Shown here one piece after another: positions 1-12,400 of a stretch of DNA of 64,000 bases (its first letter is position 1; every line of letters begins with the position of its first letter). Source of the stretch: Gekko japonicus (Eukaryota); the NCBI RefSeq assembly GCF_001447785.1, contig NW_015176014.1:153633-217632 (forward strand). Reading direction: 5' to 3'. The position numbers and the translations under genes were made by a program. The notes beneath the pieces were generated by a model, which searched no databases, was not told the origin of the DNA, and saw only the letters and a list, made by a program, of their open reading frames with translations.

Positions 1-2366
1 CACCTTTGGGATGGGACACAGGCTGGAAGGGGGCCGAGCTTCTCTGTTTCTCTGCTCCCTTCCCTTCGATTTCCACCTGTTCCCACCGCTGTACCTTCCC
101 CTCCCCAAGAGCACTTGAATTCCCTGCCCCGCCACTTCTGCACCTGGTGGTCTTTGACTGCCACTCGGCACATCCCCAGATCCACCCGCGAAGTGGATCT
201 TGAAGTTGGCGGGTGCAAGATCCCTCTTCAGTCAATCCACCTTTATTATCTGACTGAGACTGCTCCCAGTCCGCCATGACACTGTCATTCCTCTGTGCCC
301 AAGCTAAGCCCGGGGAGCTCACGGCTACCTCAGATACATCATTATTTGGGCATTGGAGAGGCCATGAGTCTAGCGGCTTCTGCTTAGATGGATCTAGCCT
401 AGTGCCTTCCTGGATGGCATTACTACTGTTCCGTATACTCATCTGGCCACAGGTAGAACTGTGAGGGCCGCTCCTTTTCAATGCTAATAAGCGATTCTTG
501 GTAAGCTCTAGACGCTCAATAATGTTCTGTTGTTCCTGGGCAGGTAAAGTCCCAAATGACAAAAAAAGAGTATCTTCCCTGTAATTGTCCAAATTCCCGA
601 TAGCATGAGGCGGCGGCAACAAGAAAACATCCGATCCCTCCTGAACGGCAGACGGCAGACTGTTCTTCCTAACACAAATGGGCTTCGACCCCATCTTGTC
701 ATAGTCTGGTGGAAAAGGTGGTGGTGATGACTCTTCCGCTTCCATATGTGTCCCATTCGGAGCAGATATTGGATGTTGGAGGGTCAAGGCATAGTCTGCT
801 TCCCTCAACTCATCAGCCAGGGATTTATTTTTGGTGGGCGCACTCAGGTCCATGGAAACTACCCAGTGTGACCTCATATCCAGGTCCATTTCACAGTTAG
901 TCCCGATCTGGCATTTTGTTGAGGGTCCCCCCACAGATACATCCAACACATTGCTTCCATCTCAAGGGGGTATAGGAGGACTAACTACCGTCTTCCCCCA
1001 TCAGAGACTGTGTCTCTTGACGCAGAGGCTGATCCTTCAATCTGTTATATATATTGCTGTCACTTTTCAACTTGACATCTGCACTTGACACGGACCCCCG
1101 AACATTGGGCTCCATCTGTGCCGGTAGCTCTGCAGCACTATTCCGTTGTTGCATCACGCACTGGGGAGTAGGACCCATACCCCCTTTGGAGGCATTCACT
1201 TTGAAGGTCTTTGGGCACAAAGGGGCTCGCACCAAATCTTTAAAAACCCTGGTCACATGGATTCCATATTTAATAAAAACCAGTTTCCCCCTAGACATCA
1301 TTTTCATGGGAATCATATCGTCTTTAAAATGCAAAGCGACTCTAGCATATCTTCCAATACTAGGCAGCCTATCATAGGAACACAGTAGAACATCAGGTTT
1401 AGTACAGTTAAGCAATTGGCACAGAGATCTAACAATAGTTGTACAGTTTCTCCAATTAAAGGAGTCAGTCTGTGCAATATATGAGATAGCCACCGAATTT
1501 CTCTGAAGAATGAGGGAACTAATCATCGGCCTCTTCCTTCTGGTATAACTCTCTAACGTTAAATTGCCTGCAACTGATTTCCTAACAGTCGTCGTCTCAG
1601 TCCGTGATTTAACTCCAGCTCTGCCTAAGTTATATGCAGTAACCAAGTTATTGATAGCTTCCTTCACAGCAGTTACCTTGTTGTCAATGTCCTTAATCCT
1701 ATCTAACAACAAGGCCAAGGTATGGGAGGTTAGCATTGCCCCTTTAGAAAATGACTCCATCATACCCGACAGCTGCCGGGTGCATCGTGAACTTGGACCA
1801 GGGCATGACTCCGCATTTATTTTACCTTGACCAGGGACTCTCCCTTCGTTGCCCGGGAGCACCATACAGTCCGACTCCAAAGCAGCATATCTGTTGGTAA
1901 GACTGATGATTTCTGGCTGAGAGTTAGAGATAGATTGATCTATCTTCTGTTGTTTTCCCTCTTCTAAGTTGGCTGCCTCAGAGGCAGAGCGTCGACGCTT
2001 CCTATTAGACATAAGGTCTAAATATTCCTTCCCTTTGTTATCAGTAGCCGACACTCCTTGCCACTGTAGCAATGCAGATAACAGCCACCCCACAAGGTTG
2101 GGCCAAAATACTTGGAAGGAGAAAGGCTCGTGGGGGAGTAGGCCAAGATAACGTACCAGGCAAGCAGCCAGCTCAATTAATTAATTAAATGTTCATTATT
2201 CTCCGGTATCCAAGGCTGTCACAGTTACGTCCAGCTGCGGCCACAGTTGTATCCCAACACAGACAGACAAAATCCAGGAAAAGATTATTTGGGAGGCTGA
2301 AGCAAACTGAAACAATAAATAAACTGTGGAGCTCGGCGTCAGGCGTCTGCCTCAGCCACCATCTTG
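1..2366 (-). mobile_element. 5' part of a non-LTR retrotransposon: 5'UTR plus ORF1-like frame (981-2093, 370 aa); clade uncertain
   Basis: Starts with a YY1-like CAAGATGG(T)GGC typical of L1-type 5' ends. Intronless ORF with LTNRYAAL motif, coiled coil (LLDRIKDIDNKV) and an RRM-like block; decays into frameshifted sequence toward base 1. Confidence 0.6.
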
Positions 2367-2379
2367 ATTACTTCAGTTG

Positions 2380-2585
2380 TGTCCCCACTTTTCTCCCCAA
2401 TGGGACCTGAAATGGCTTACAGCAATCTCCTCACTTCCATTTTATCCTCACAATAACCCCATGAGGTAGTTTAGGCTGAGAGTATGTGACTGGCCCAAGG
2501 TCACCCAAGCTTCCACGGCAGAGAGGAGATCGAACCTGGGTTTCCCAGATCCTAGTCTGACAGCACTGCCTCATGCTGTCTCACT
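2380..2585 (-). mobile_element. CORE/MIR-like SINE (similar copies ~10940-11130, 30450-30545, 57320-57515)
   Basis: ttttatcctcacaacaaccctgtgaggtaggttaggctgaga..gactggcccaaggtcacccag core recurring across the window. Confidence 0.65.
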
Positions 2586-2625
2586 AATGTACTGTGTGTG
2601 TCACCATTTAATATGTCTTTTTCAT

Positions 2626-4738
2626 TATTTATTTATTTATTTTTCAAATTCATAGTCCGCCCTCCCCACAAATAGGCTCAGGGTAGATCACAGCAATAGT
2701 TAGGCCATTTGGCAACAAAAAACATAATAATACATAGTTAAAACATTAAAACAGCATTTAAAAACAATTTGCACTGATACTGGTGCTGCTGAATTCTGAG
2801 TTTGTTCAATCCAGGCCGCATGGAGATGGTGTCTTCAACAGAGGAGGCCAAGATGTTTTTTCTGGACACCTGCTGCCTCAGCCAAAGGCCTGGCGGAACA
2901 GCCCCGTTTTACAGGCCCTGAGGAACGGTAAAAGGGCCCACATGGCCCTGATCTCACACAGGAGCATGTTCCACCAGGCCAGGGCCAGGGAAGAAAAAGC
3001 CCCGGCCATGGTCAAGGCTAAACAGATGTCCTTTGGGCCAGGGACAACCAGCAGATCTTGCTCAGCAGAGCGCAAGGCTCTCTGAGGCACATATGGGGAG
3101 AAGCGGTCCCTTTGCCTTAGGTATGTCAGTCCCAGGCCATGCAAGGCTTTGAAGGTCAATACCAACACCTTGAAGCGGATCCAGTACTCAATTGGTAGCC
3201 AGTGCAATTGGCGTAGCACCGGCTGACTGTGCGCCCACACAGGCAACGCAGTCAGCAGGTGTGCCACAGCATTTTGCATCAGCTGGAGTTTCCAGATTAA
3301 CCGCAAAGGCAAGCCCACATAAAACGAGTTACAGTAATCAAGCCTGGAAGTGACTATTGCATGGGTCACTGTAGCCAAGTCCTGGGGGGGAAGAGGAATG
3401 GATCCAGCTGCCTGATCTGCTGGAGATGATAAAAGGCAGACCTAGGAACTGTGGTGACCTGGGCCTCTATAGAGAGCATGGCATCCAGGACCACCCCCAG
3501 ACTCCTCACCCTCTGGGCTGGCACAAGTAATGCACCATCCAAGGTGGGCAGCCTGATTTCCGACCCAGCTCCCCCCGACCTAGGTACAAGACCTCCTCCT
3601 TAGTTGGATTAAGTTTCAACTGGCTCTGCTGTAGCCATCCAGCCATGGCCTCCAATGCCCTAGTCAGATTTTCTGGGGTGGAGTCCCAGCAGCTGTCCAT
3701 CAACAGATAGAGCTGCTGGGTGTCATCTGCCTATTGATGACATCCCAGCCTGAACCCCTGGACCAACTAGGTGAGGGGGCGCAATAGATGTTGGATAAAA
3801 TTGGAGAGAATTTCCCCTTGTGGGACTCTGCAATCAAGTGGGTATTGTGGGGATACTCCCTCACCAAGCACCACCCTCTGTCCCCGATTGCAGAGAAAGG
3901 AGGAAAACCACTGTAGGGCAGACCCCCACACTCTTATCTCGGCAAGGCAGTGAGTAAACAGATCATAATCAACTGTGTCAAATGCTGCTGTCAGGTCTAA
4001 TAATAGCAGCAGCGCTGACCCGCCCCAATCCAGGTGTCTCTGGAGGTCATCTGTGAGGGCAACTAGTGCCGTCTCTGTCCCGTGGCCAGGGCAGAAGTCA
4101 GACTGGAATGGGTCAAGGATAAATGCGTCCTCCAAAAAAAGCCTGGTGTTATTCAGCCGCCATTCTCTCAACTACCTTACCCAGAAATGCTAAATTTGAG
4201 ACTGGGCGGTAGTTGGCCAGGACCATAGGGTCCAGTGTTGGTTTCTTTAAGAGTGGATGAACCACTGCCTCCTTTATCCCCCTTGGGAAGGTCCCAGAAG
4301 AAAGGGACAAGTTGATTTTCTCCCAGGGGGACCCAAATGTCCTCCTCGCAGGCTTTAACCAGCCAGAACGGGCACAGGTCAAGAAGGCTAGTGGTTGGCT
4401 TCACAACTGCCAGGACCCTGTCGACATCTTCCTGAGAGAGCCGGTTGAAATGGTCCAGCATTGGACCTGAAGACAGACAAGGGGCTTCCAGTTCCTTTAC
4501 TGTATCAACTGTGGCTGGGAGGTCTTGGTGAAGCTATAAGGTTTTATCCACGAAATAAGTCGCAAATGCCTCACAGCCAATATCCAATTCCCTAGCATTT
4601 TGTTTGCCTTGTGGCAATGAAGTAAGTGATCGAATAGTTCTAAACAATTGGGCCAGGTGTGACTTCGCAGATGCAATGGAGGCAGCATAGAACTGTCTTT
4701 TATTGGCCTTCACCGCCATCTCCTAGAGCCTCATAAAT
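2626..4738 (-). mobile_element. L2-clade LINE, 5'-truncated, degenerate RT and 3' region
   Basis: Frameshifted pieces NYRPVSNLAFLGK, FQSDFCPGHGTETALV, LLDLTAAFDTVD, HAIVTSRLDYCNS, LHWLPIEYWIRFKVL; (TTTA)n tail at ~2626-2641. Confidence 0.92.
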
Positions 4739-5038
4739 GGATCTTTGAGGGACCCAGAAAGCCAAATCCCAGTCCTGCAGCAGTCCTTAATCCACTTGAT
4801 GTACTACGCCCCAGGAGGCAGGGTGGAATAAGGATCACATAACTGATGCAAGTAACATACTATCACTTGCCCAGAGTCCCACAAAACCTTGAAGTCAGCC
4901 AGCCATTGGTCTGACCGCTTGATCATTTGTGTATGGGCAAAGTGCTTCATTTTCTCTCCCTTAGCTTGCTGGGAGAGAAAATGCTGGACAAGAGAGGCAT
5001 TTTAATTTACCACAATTGGTGCAAGTAGAACGAGGGTT

Positions 5039-5489
5039 TGTTGGGACGAGCAGAGGCTACATAGGTATTCAATGTAAGATTGCTGTGAAATGTGGTACAA
5101 GCCTAGGAACGAGTTATCACTTGAACTGGGATAGGATGCAATTTCAAATGGGTACAGAATGTGTAATGTATCCAGTCCTGACAAGTCTAGACAAGTCCAG
5201 AGACAAACGTCGAGCTTCGCTCCAAGAGACAATGGACTATGCGGATCCTAGCCCGCTCCAATCAGGGGGCTAGGTTCCTGGCCGAGAGCCAATGGGACTC
5301 TCGGTCACTGTAAATAACCTATTGGGAAGTGGGGGGGGGGGTTGGGTGGCGGTTTCTCGGGGAATATAAGCCGGCCTGCGAGCCGGCCAAAGCTGTCTTG
5401 TTCCTGATGGAATAAAGTACGCTTTGCTGAAATCACTCTCCGTCTGCGTACTTTTCAGAATGTATTTGGTTATGATCCTTCCAGGAACA
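5039..5489 (+). mobile_element. Probable solo LTR
   Basis: TG...CA span with CCAAT boxes (~5258, ~5289), TATA-like AATATAAG ~5363 and AATAAA 5411. No TSD confirmed, so ends are approximate. Confidence 0.45.
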
Positions 5490-6435
5490 ATAATCCAAGT
5501 TCTTTTCTGCACGGTTAAAGGCTTCTGTGACTCTCTAGTCAAACTGTGCACCAAATTAATAAACAAAATACCCATCTTTACAATGCCTGTTATATATTCT
5601 CCTGGGCTGTAGCCTTGTCACGTTGCTGTAAACATGCATCTTATTGTAAAAGGAAATCTTCCTAGAGGCCAAGTACAGTAAATAACTATTGGATAAGTTA
5701 AAAAGAAGAAAAATAGGTGGGGTTTTTGAAACATGACAATTTCCTCCTCCACCCAAGTGTCTTGCGACAGCAAAAACTCTTCCTTCATACACTGGCCATA
5801 ATAATGGGGAAACTGAAAGGGACTTCAGACTCGTTCATCAACTCTTTTGGCATCTGCATCTGGAGAAGCTGTATGTTTGTGAGGTAGGTTCATGGTCTAA
5901 CAAATTATTTCTTCTCTGTATCTCTATCCTGATTATTGCAGTACTGACACATTTTAAAAAGCAAAAGATCAAAAGCAGATATTAATGCTTGTGAATTACA
6001 AAAAAAAAGTCATGGTGAGCAGTCAGTGTTCATATAAAACAGAATAAAACAGCCCAGTGGCACATTTAAGACTACAAAATTTATTCCAGCATAAGTTTTT
6101 ATTAGTCAGAGATCACTTCATCAGATGCATTGGAGTGTAAAGTGATGAAGTGAACTCTAACTCTCAAAAGTTTATGCTGGAATAAATTTTATTTTATTCT
6201 GCTACTACTGACTAAGACAACTACCCCCCTGGAATTATATTCATAATCCAATAAACGTTCAAGTTTAACAGAGCTTTCTCCTTCAAGCTCCACATTTATA
6301 TGAATTTTAAACTAAATAAGAAAGTTATTTTGATTTGGTGACTCTTTAAAGGGAATGAATGTATTATTGGCATTTTTGGTGGGGTAGCGGAGTGCTCAAA
6401 AGCTTTAACACAGCAGAGTTCATCCGGTCAGTGTG

Positions 6436-6828
6436 TGTGCCAGCAAGAAACAAAGTTACACAGAGCCTCTTTATCTTTTCAAAACTAACAATATGAATTT
6501 ATTATAGGAACTCCATTTCTAGATAGGAAAGTGGATAGGTTCTCTAATCTAATCTAACTAGCTAGATGGACAGAGATGCAGGAAAGCATGTCCAGCTCTC
6601 ATGTTGTCAAGACGGAGAATTATAGCATTCTGTGTGGAGAGAGTGTGTTAGACCAGAAGGAAGGAAACTTTCCTTAAGAGTAGCAATCTACACATCAAAG
6701 GGATAGCATCAGAGAGGAGTAAAAGCAAAGGTGGCCAGTGTCCTGCCTATCTAGCTCTCTGACTCTCTTGTAGTCTTCCTCTGTAGTCTGAGGCAAAGAA
6801 ACAGTGCAAAGTCCCTTCACTTCCAACA
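6436..6828 (-). mobile_element. Probable solo LTR (related to the element at 17236)
   Basis: TG..CA ends, TTTATT at ~6498, and a tttatt..taggaact..gataggaaag block shared with 17295-17330. Confidence 0.55.
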
Positions 6829-7670
6829 TGTATGAGTGTTAACACATGCACTTTTCTGGTTTAGGATAGCATACGCAGCATAAGTGATTCACCACTCACT
6901 TATCCCTCACATAACTGACCAAACACCACCAATCAGACCAAATACAGTTGGTGAAGTTTGATACCGATCATCTGCCACTGGCAAACTGCAACATTGAAAC
7001 AAAATCTTATTTACATAGAAGCAATACCTGGTGTTCCTATACAAATACTTGATGTTTTCTTTTCCTGATCTTTGAGGACTGGGGAACATTATATTTCTTG
7101 TATATGATGTGCCACTCCACTCTTGTCCATTTTTTTAGTGTGTAAAAAACATATTTGCTAAAGCATAGTTTCACCATAGCTGGCTGCCTTTTATACAGGG
7201 AAAGTGAACACATTTTTACAGCTGTGGAGAAGAGGGGCACAGTTTGTGAGCAGCATTTTCAGAAGTTGTCTTAGGAATTAATTGTGGAATGTAGGAAAAG
7301 GCAACCAGTTTTGTATGAAATAAGTAGTAGTCCTCAGTAAAGAACCTACGCATAAACAGGTTATACTGATTATGTATGTGTATCAGCAACAGACCACAGA
7401 ATGGGTTATGCTGCATAGTTGCCTATAGCAACATCTGTACTTGATAATTCTGTCATTTACTGTTATATTACAAACTATTATTATGAAATAATAGGCAACT
7501 GAGAGTTTGGTGACTGATACGTACAACATAACTGTCTATTCTGTATAACATGTCACCCATAAACGGAAGGAAGTAATCAGACATAATTTATGGCCTATGT
7601 GGAGTACTTGACCACCATCCTTGATTTGCATTTCCTAAAAATAAAACATGTTCCCCTCACTCCTAAGAGT

Positions 7671-7845
7671 TAGGGTTGCTTACTGTGGCTTAGGGAATTC
7701 TGGGAAATCTGGGGGGAAGAATTGGGGGGGGGGGGCTCAGAGGGGATGTGACACCATTTCTTCCAGGGGAACAGATCCCTAGAGTTTGGAGATCCGTTGC
7801 ACTTCCAGGAGGACTTCAGTCCTCATCGTTAGGTTAGCAGCCCTA
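7671..7845. mobile_element. hAT-type MITE with TAGGGTTGCC termini (further copies ~19590-19925, 22816-23036, 27339-27557)
   Basis: TIR TAGGGTTGC..GCAGCCCTA; 8-bp TSD ctaagagt/ctcagagt. Confidence 0.75.
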
Positions 7846-8156
7846 CTCAGAGTCCTGGGAGATACAATCTGACCAGCACACAGGGGAAATTGCACTATGC
7901 CACTATTTCCTTCAGGAAATAAAATAGAATAAAATGCCAGCCTAAGGTGAATCAGTCAGGTGCCTGTGAGAAACTGTGGAACCCAGCCTAAGGGCTTGTC
8001 TTGTGGCTTCATGAGATCATTGAGGCTTCAGCAAACATTCCAGAACACTTACACAGGTTTCCAAATAACCCTAGCCCATCAGACAGGACAAATTAGCCAC
8101 CTTCCTGAGTTAATTTCAAAGACAGGATCATCTCCTGTCAAAATAAATTACCCCCT

Positions 8157-8385
8157 GGCCCTGACCTGGAAGCCCAGGCAAGCCCGATCTTGTCAGATCT
8201 CGGAAGCTAAGCAGGGCTGAACCTGGCAAGTATTTGGATGGGAGACCTCCAAAGAATATCAGGGCTGGGAGGCAGAGGCAGACTATCAAGCCACTTGGAT
8301 GGGAGACCTCCAAAGAATATCAGGGCTGGGAGGCAGAGGCAGACTATCAAGCCACTTCTCTGAACGTCCTCCATGCCCCACTAGA
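8157..8385 (+). mobile_element. 5S rRNA-derived SINE (5S-Sauria-like) with an internal ~59-bp tandem duplication
   Basis: gcccgatcttgtcagatctcggaagctaagcaggg..ttggatgggagacc matches the 5S rRNA A/C-box region, followed by a non-5S body. Confidence 0.8.
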
Positions 8386-9220
8386 AGGCTGTTTTGAGAC
8401 CCTAAAACTATTGAAAACCCCCCAAATCACCATGAAAATACAGTATAATAATTATTATCGTACAGCATTGTATGTAGAATAGCCAGGGGATCCTGAGATT
8501 GTCTGGCAGCCACAAGTTCTAGCTCTTAGTGTTGTGCTAGTGGCAAGCTAGACTTGTTTCTAGGGGCTGAGAGAGCTCTGAAAGAACTGTGACTGGCCTA
8601 GCTAGCTTCAAGTAGAGGAGTAGGGAATCGAACCTGGTTCTCCAGATTAGAGTCTGCCACTCTTAACCACTACACCAAACTGGTTCTCTTACAGTATAAT
8701 ATACCAGCTTTTCAACCAGCATTTTAGGTTAGGCTCATCTTCCAGAACTGCTTCGTTTTCTACAAAATACTCTGCATGGTTAAATGTATGGTCAATTACC
8801 AAGTAATGAGGCTACTATAGAAATCTCTTAGTATCAGGCAATGTAAATTTGTCAACAATTTCTCTTTATACTGATCTTGCTGCTGGATCTGAGCAGAGAA
8901 CCAAACCATTTTACTATATATAGGTTACATCACAGTGGTCTCCAACAGTTTTCCTGGAGAGTGTAAAAACAAAAATGCTGCAGAAATAACAAAGGACAGA
9001 GGAACAAAGTTTGAGTCCAGTGGCACCTTTAAGACCAACAAAGTTTAATTCTGCATATAACTAAAGGTCCAGTGGCACCTTTGAGATCAACAAGGTTGGT
9101 TCAGACCAGCATGGCTACCCACCTGAATCTATCTTCAAAGGACAGAGGAAGAGTCTAAAGCTGGGCTTAAATTAGTGATGTTACTTCTCTGGTAGTCATG
9201 CAGAAAGGATAGGATGTAGT

Positions 9221-9308
9221 TAAGAAAAGAGACACTGTGATGGTGAAAATAAGAAAAGAGACACTGTGATGGTGAAAATAAGAAAAGAGACACTGTGATG
9301 GTGAAAAT
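9221..9308. repeat. 3 x 29-bp perfect tandem repeat
   Basis: Unit taagaaaagagacactgtgatggtgaaaa. Confidence 0.95.
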
Positions 9309-9488
9309 TGAGGTTATAAGTGTCTGTTTCATAAATGGGGAATTAATCTCTCCCTCTGAACAGCCATATTATTTTTTTACAGTATATGGATTTGAGATCC
9401 TGGTTCAGTTGTTTTTCATCTTGTGGCTGCATTTTGAATTAGATATCGTTTGACAACTGCTTTGTAAAGCAAATTCCTGATCACAGAA

Positions 9489-12400
9489 ATGGTGAGTACA
9501 CTGTACATGGCCATCATGGAGAGAGCTAAGCCAAGCTCTATATCACTCTGTATCCTCCGAAGAAACATGTAGACCCATCCATGCATCCTTTTTCATAGTG
9601 GTGGGATTAGATGCCATTTTCCCTTAAAGACCCATCCCCCCTTTACACATTTTAAGTGGCTATTCTCAAATGGCAGCATTTGCCAGCTCTCTACATTAAA
9701 GATGTGTTTTCTTGTCATATGTCATTCTAAAAAAGCAAGATTTCCCTACTGGTTTCTGACTGCAGCGATGGAGTTCAAGTGAACTTGTGTTTTTAATTTC
9801 ACTCCCCCCCCCCCCCTATATTTTTTGCCTGTTATTTCTGGTCACTTCTGGATGCTGACGCTGTTACACAGGGATCCAGTGGGAACTGAGAGACAGGGCA
9901 CAGGCGATAAGACTCTATCTGTCTCCTACCAACAAACTCTGGGATTCATTTTGAGCTGAGGTACTAAGGAAGAGACAAGGCACAAGAAAACACAGCTGCA
10001 GCTTTATTGATCAAACTAGGAATAAGGCCCATTGTGGAAATAAATACAACGAGCTCTAGAAAGAGGCTCTGAGAGAGTGCCCTGGTCTTGGGCAATCAGC
10101 GTCAATTTGCTGTGGCGACCTCAGCAGGGTATAATGACACAGAGTCCACCATTTTCTCCAGAGGAACTGATCTCTGCTACCTGAAGAGCAGTTGTAATTC
10201 TGAGTGATCTCCAGCTCCCACCTGGAGATTTGCAACAATGGTTACCCAGGAGGGAATGGCTGGTTTGGAGGGTGGAGTCTATGGCATTGTACCTGTCCGA
10301 GGTCCCACCCCTCCACAAACACCACCCTCTCCAGGCTCCACCCCTCAAATCTCCAGGAGTTTCCCAACCTGGAGTTGGCAACCCTATCTCCCTCCCAGCC
10401 AACCATCAACCTACCTTTATCTGCCCCTCTGACTTCAGCTTTCCATCTCCATCCCCCTTCCTCCTAGAGAGCAGTTTGTAATTCTGAGTGATCTCCAGCT
10501 CCCACCTGGAGATTTGCAACAATGGTTACCCAGGAGGGAATGGCTGGTTTGGAGGGTGGAGTCTATGGCATTGTACCTGTCTGAGGTCCCACTCCTCCTC
10601 AAACCCAACCCTCTCCAGGCTTAACCCCTCAAATCTTCAGGAATTTCCCAACCTGGAGTTGACAACTCTGTCTTTCCCAGCGAAGCATCAACCTGCCATT
10701 ATCTGCCCCTCACTCTTCAGTTTTCTGTCTCCCTCCACATACACACACCTGCATGCTCTACTGTGCTCTGAAGCCCTGAGTGCTACCTCACATTGGCTGT
10801 CATGGGGGGCATCTCAGCAAGGTATAAGTCCACCATTTTCTCTAGGGGAACTGATCTCTACCATCTGGAGAGCAGTTGTAATTCTGAGTGATCTCCAGCC
10901 CTCACCTGGAGATTGGCAACAATGTTTCCTGAGGAGGATACGTAGTCTTTCTCTGCAATGGGGCCCAAAGTAGCTTACATCATTCTCCCCCCCCCTTTTG
11001 ACTTGCACAACAACCCTGTGAGGTAGGTTATGCTGAAAGTCTTTGACTGGTCCAAAATCACCCAGTCAGCTTCCACAGCAAGAACCTGGGTCTAGCAGAC
11101 CCTGCTCTGAAGCACTGACTGCTATGCCTAGGGTAGTCAACCTCCAGGTGGAGCCTGAAGATCGCCAGGTATCACAACTGAACTCCAGACAACAGATGTT
11201 CTCTCCCCCTGGAGAAAATTAACTGCTTTGGACTGTGGCCTCTATAGCATTCAGTTCAGCTGAGGCCTCTCCCCTCCCCAGACTCTGGCTTCCTTAGACA
11301 CAGAATCTCTCTACCTGGAGGTGGCAACCCTAGTCAGGACTGGCCCCAATGAGTTTTCTCCCAAAGGCCAAAATAGGTGTGGAAAGGGCCTTTTACTGAC
11401 AGAACCAAACTTGCCTAGCAAGTTACTGAGGGGAAAGTAGGGTTCCCAGCTCTGAGTAGGGAAATACCTGAAGATTTGGGGGGTAGATCCTGTGGACGGC
11501 AGCGTTGGGGAGGGCGGGCGGAAGGACTCAGCAGTAATTTCCCAACTTGGAGCTGGCAACCCTAGTCAGGACTGGCCCCAATGAGTTTTCTCCCAAAGGC
11601 CAAAATAGGTGTGGAAAGGGCCTTTTACTGACAGAACCAAACTTGCCTAGCAAGTTACTGAGGGGAAAGTAGGGTTCCCAGCTCTGAGTAGGGAAATACC
11701 TGAAGATTTGGGGGGTAGATCCTGTGGACGGCAGCGTTGGGGAGGGCGGGCGGAAGGACTCAGCAGTAATTTCCCAACTTGGAGCTGGCAACCCTAGTCA
11801 GGACTGGCCCCAATGAGTTCCTCACAAAGGCCTGGAAAGGGCTTGTCTTTTTACTGACAGAACCAAGCTTGGATGCCTACCAACAGCCACTGAGGGGAAA
11901 GTTAATCCCACAGAAGAGTGAAGCAGGCGAAGTGTCTTCCCCAGGAGAAAGAGCGTATTCTGACAGGGAACAGTGCCTGGAGTGGGCGGGGAACAGGAGC
12001 AGACCCAGCACCTGGCCAATGGCACACAAGTACTCTTGAGTGGCGGCTGACGGGCCAATGGCTGATGGAGTGCACTGTGGGCGGGACCCAGGCAATGCAG
12101 CCAGTGGAAAGGGACAGCTTCTGAGTGACACATCATGGAGCCAACTGATTTAGGAGCATGTGGAATGTTCAGAAAGTGCCACCCCACTAATCAATTATAT
12201 ATAAGGAAAGATATGCCCTAGCAACAAGCATGCAGCACACACACACAAATGGCTGGCCAAGCCATCCAGTGCTGACAGATCAGGAGAGATCTTCAAGGGA
12301 CAGTCTTCACCTCACCTCAGGATTCTCTAGATTTTATAGTCCATTCTTCTTTCCCCACACCTTTGCCTTTCTGTCAAGGAGACTTGACATCCATCTTGGC

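Noticed and set aside
8175-8265. 5S rRNA gene
   Set aside because: Only the internal part matches, with substitutions, and it continues into a SINE body seen four times in the window.
9221-9308. CRISPR-like array
   Set aside because: Eukaryotic DNA; head-to-tail repeats without spacers.
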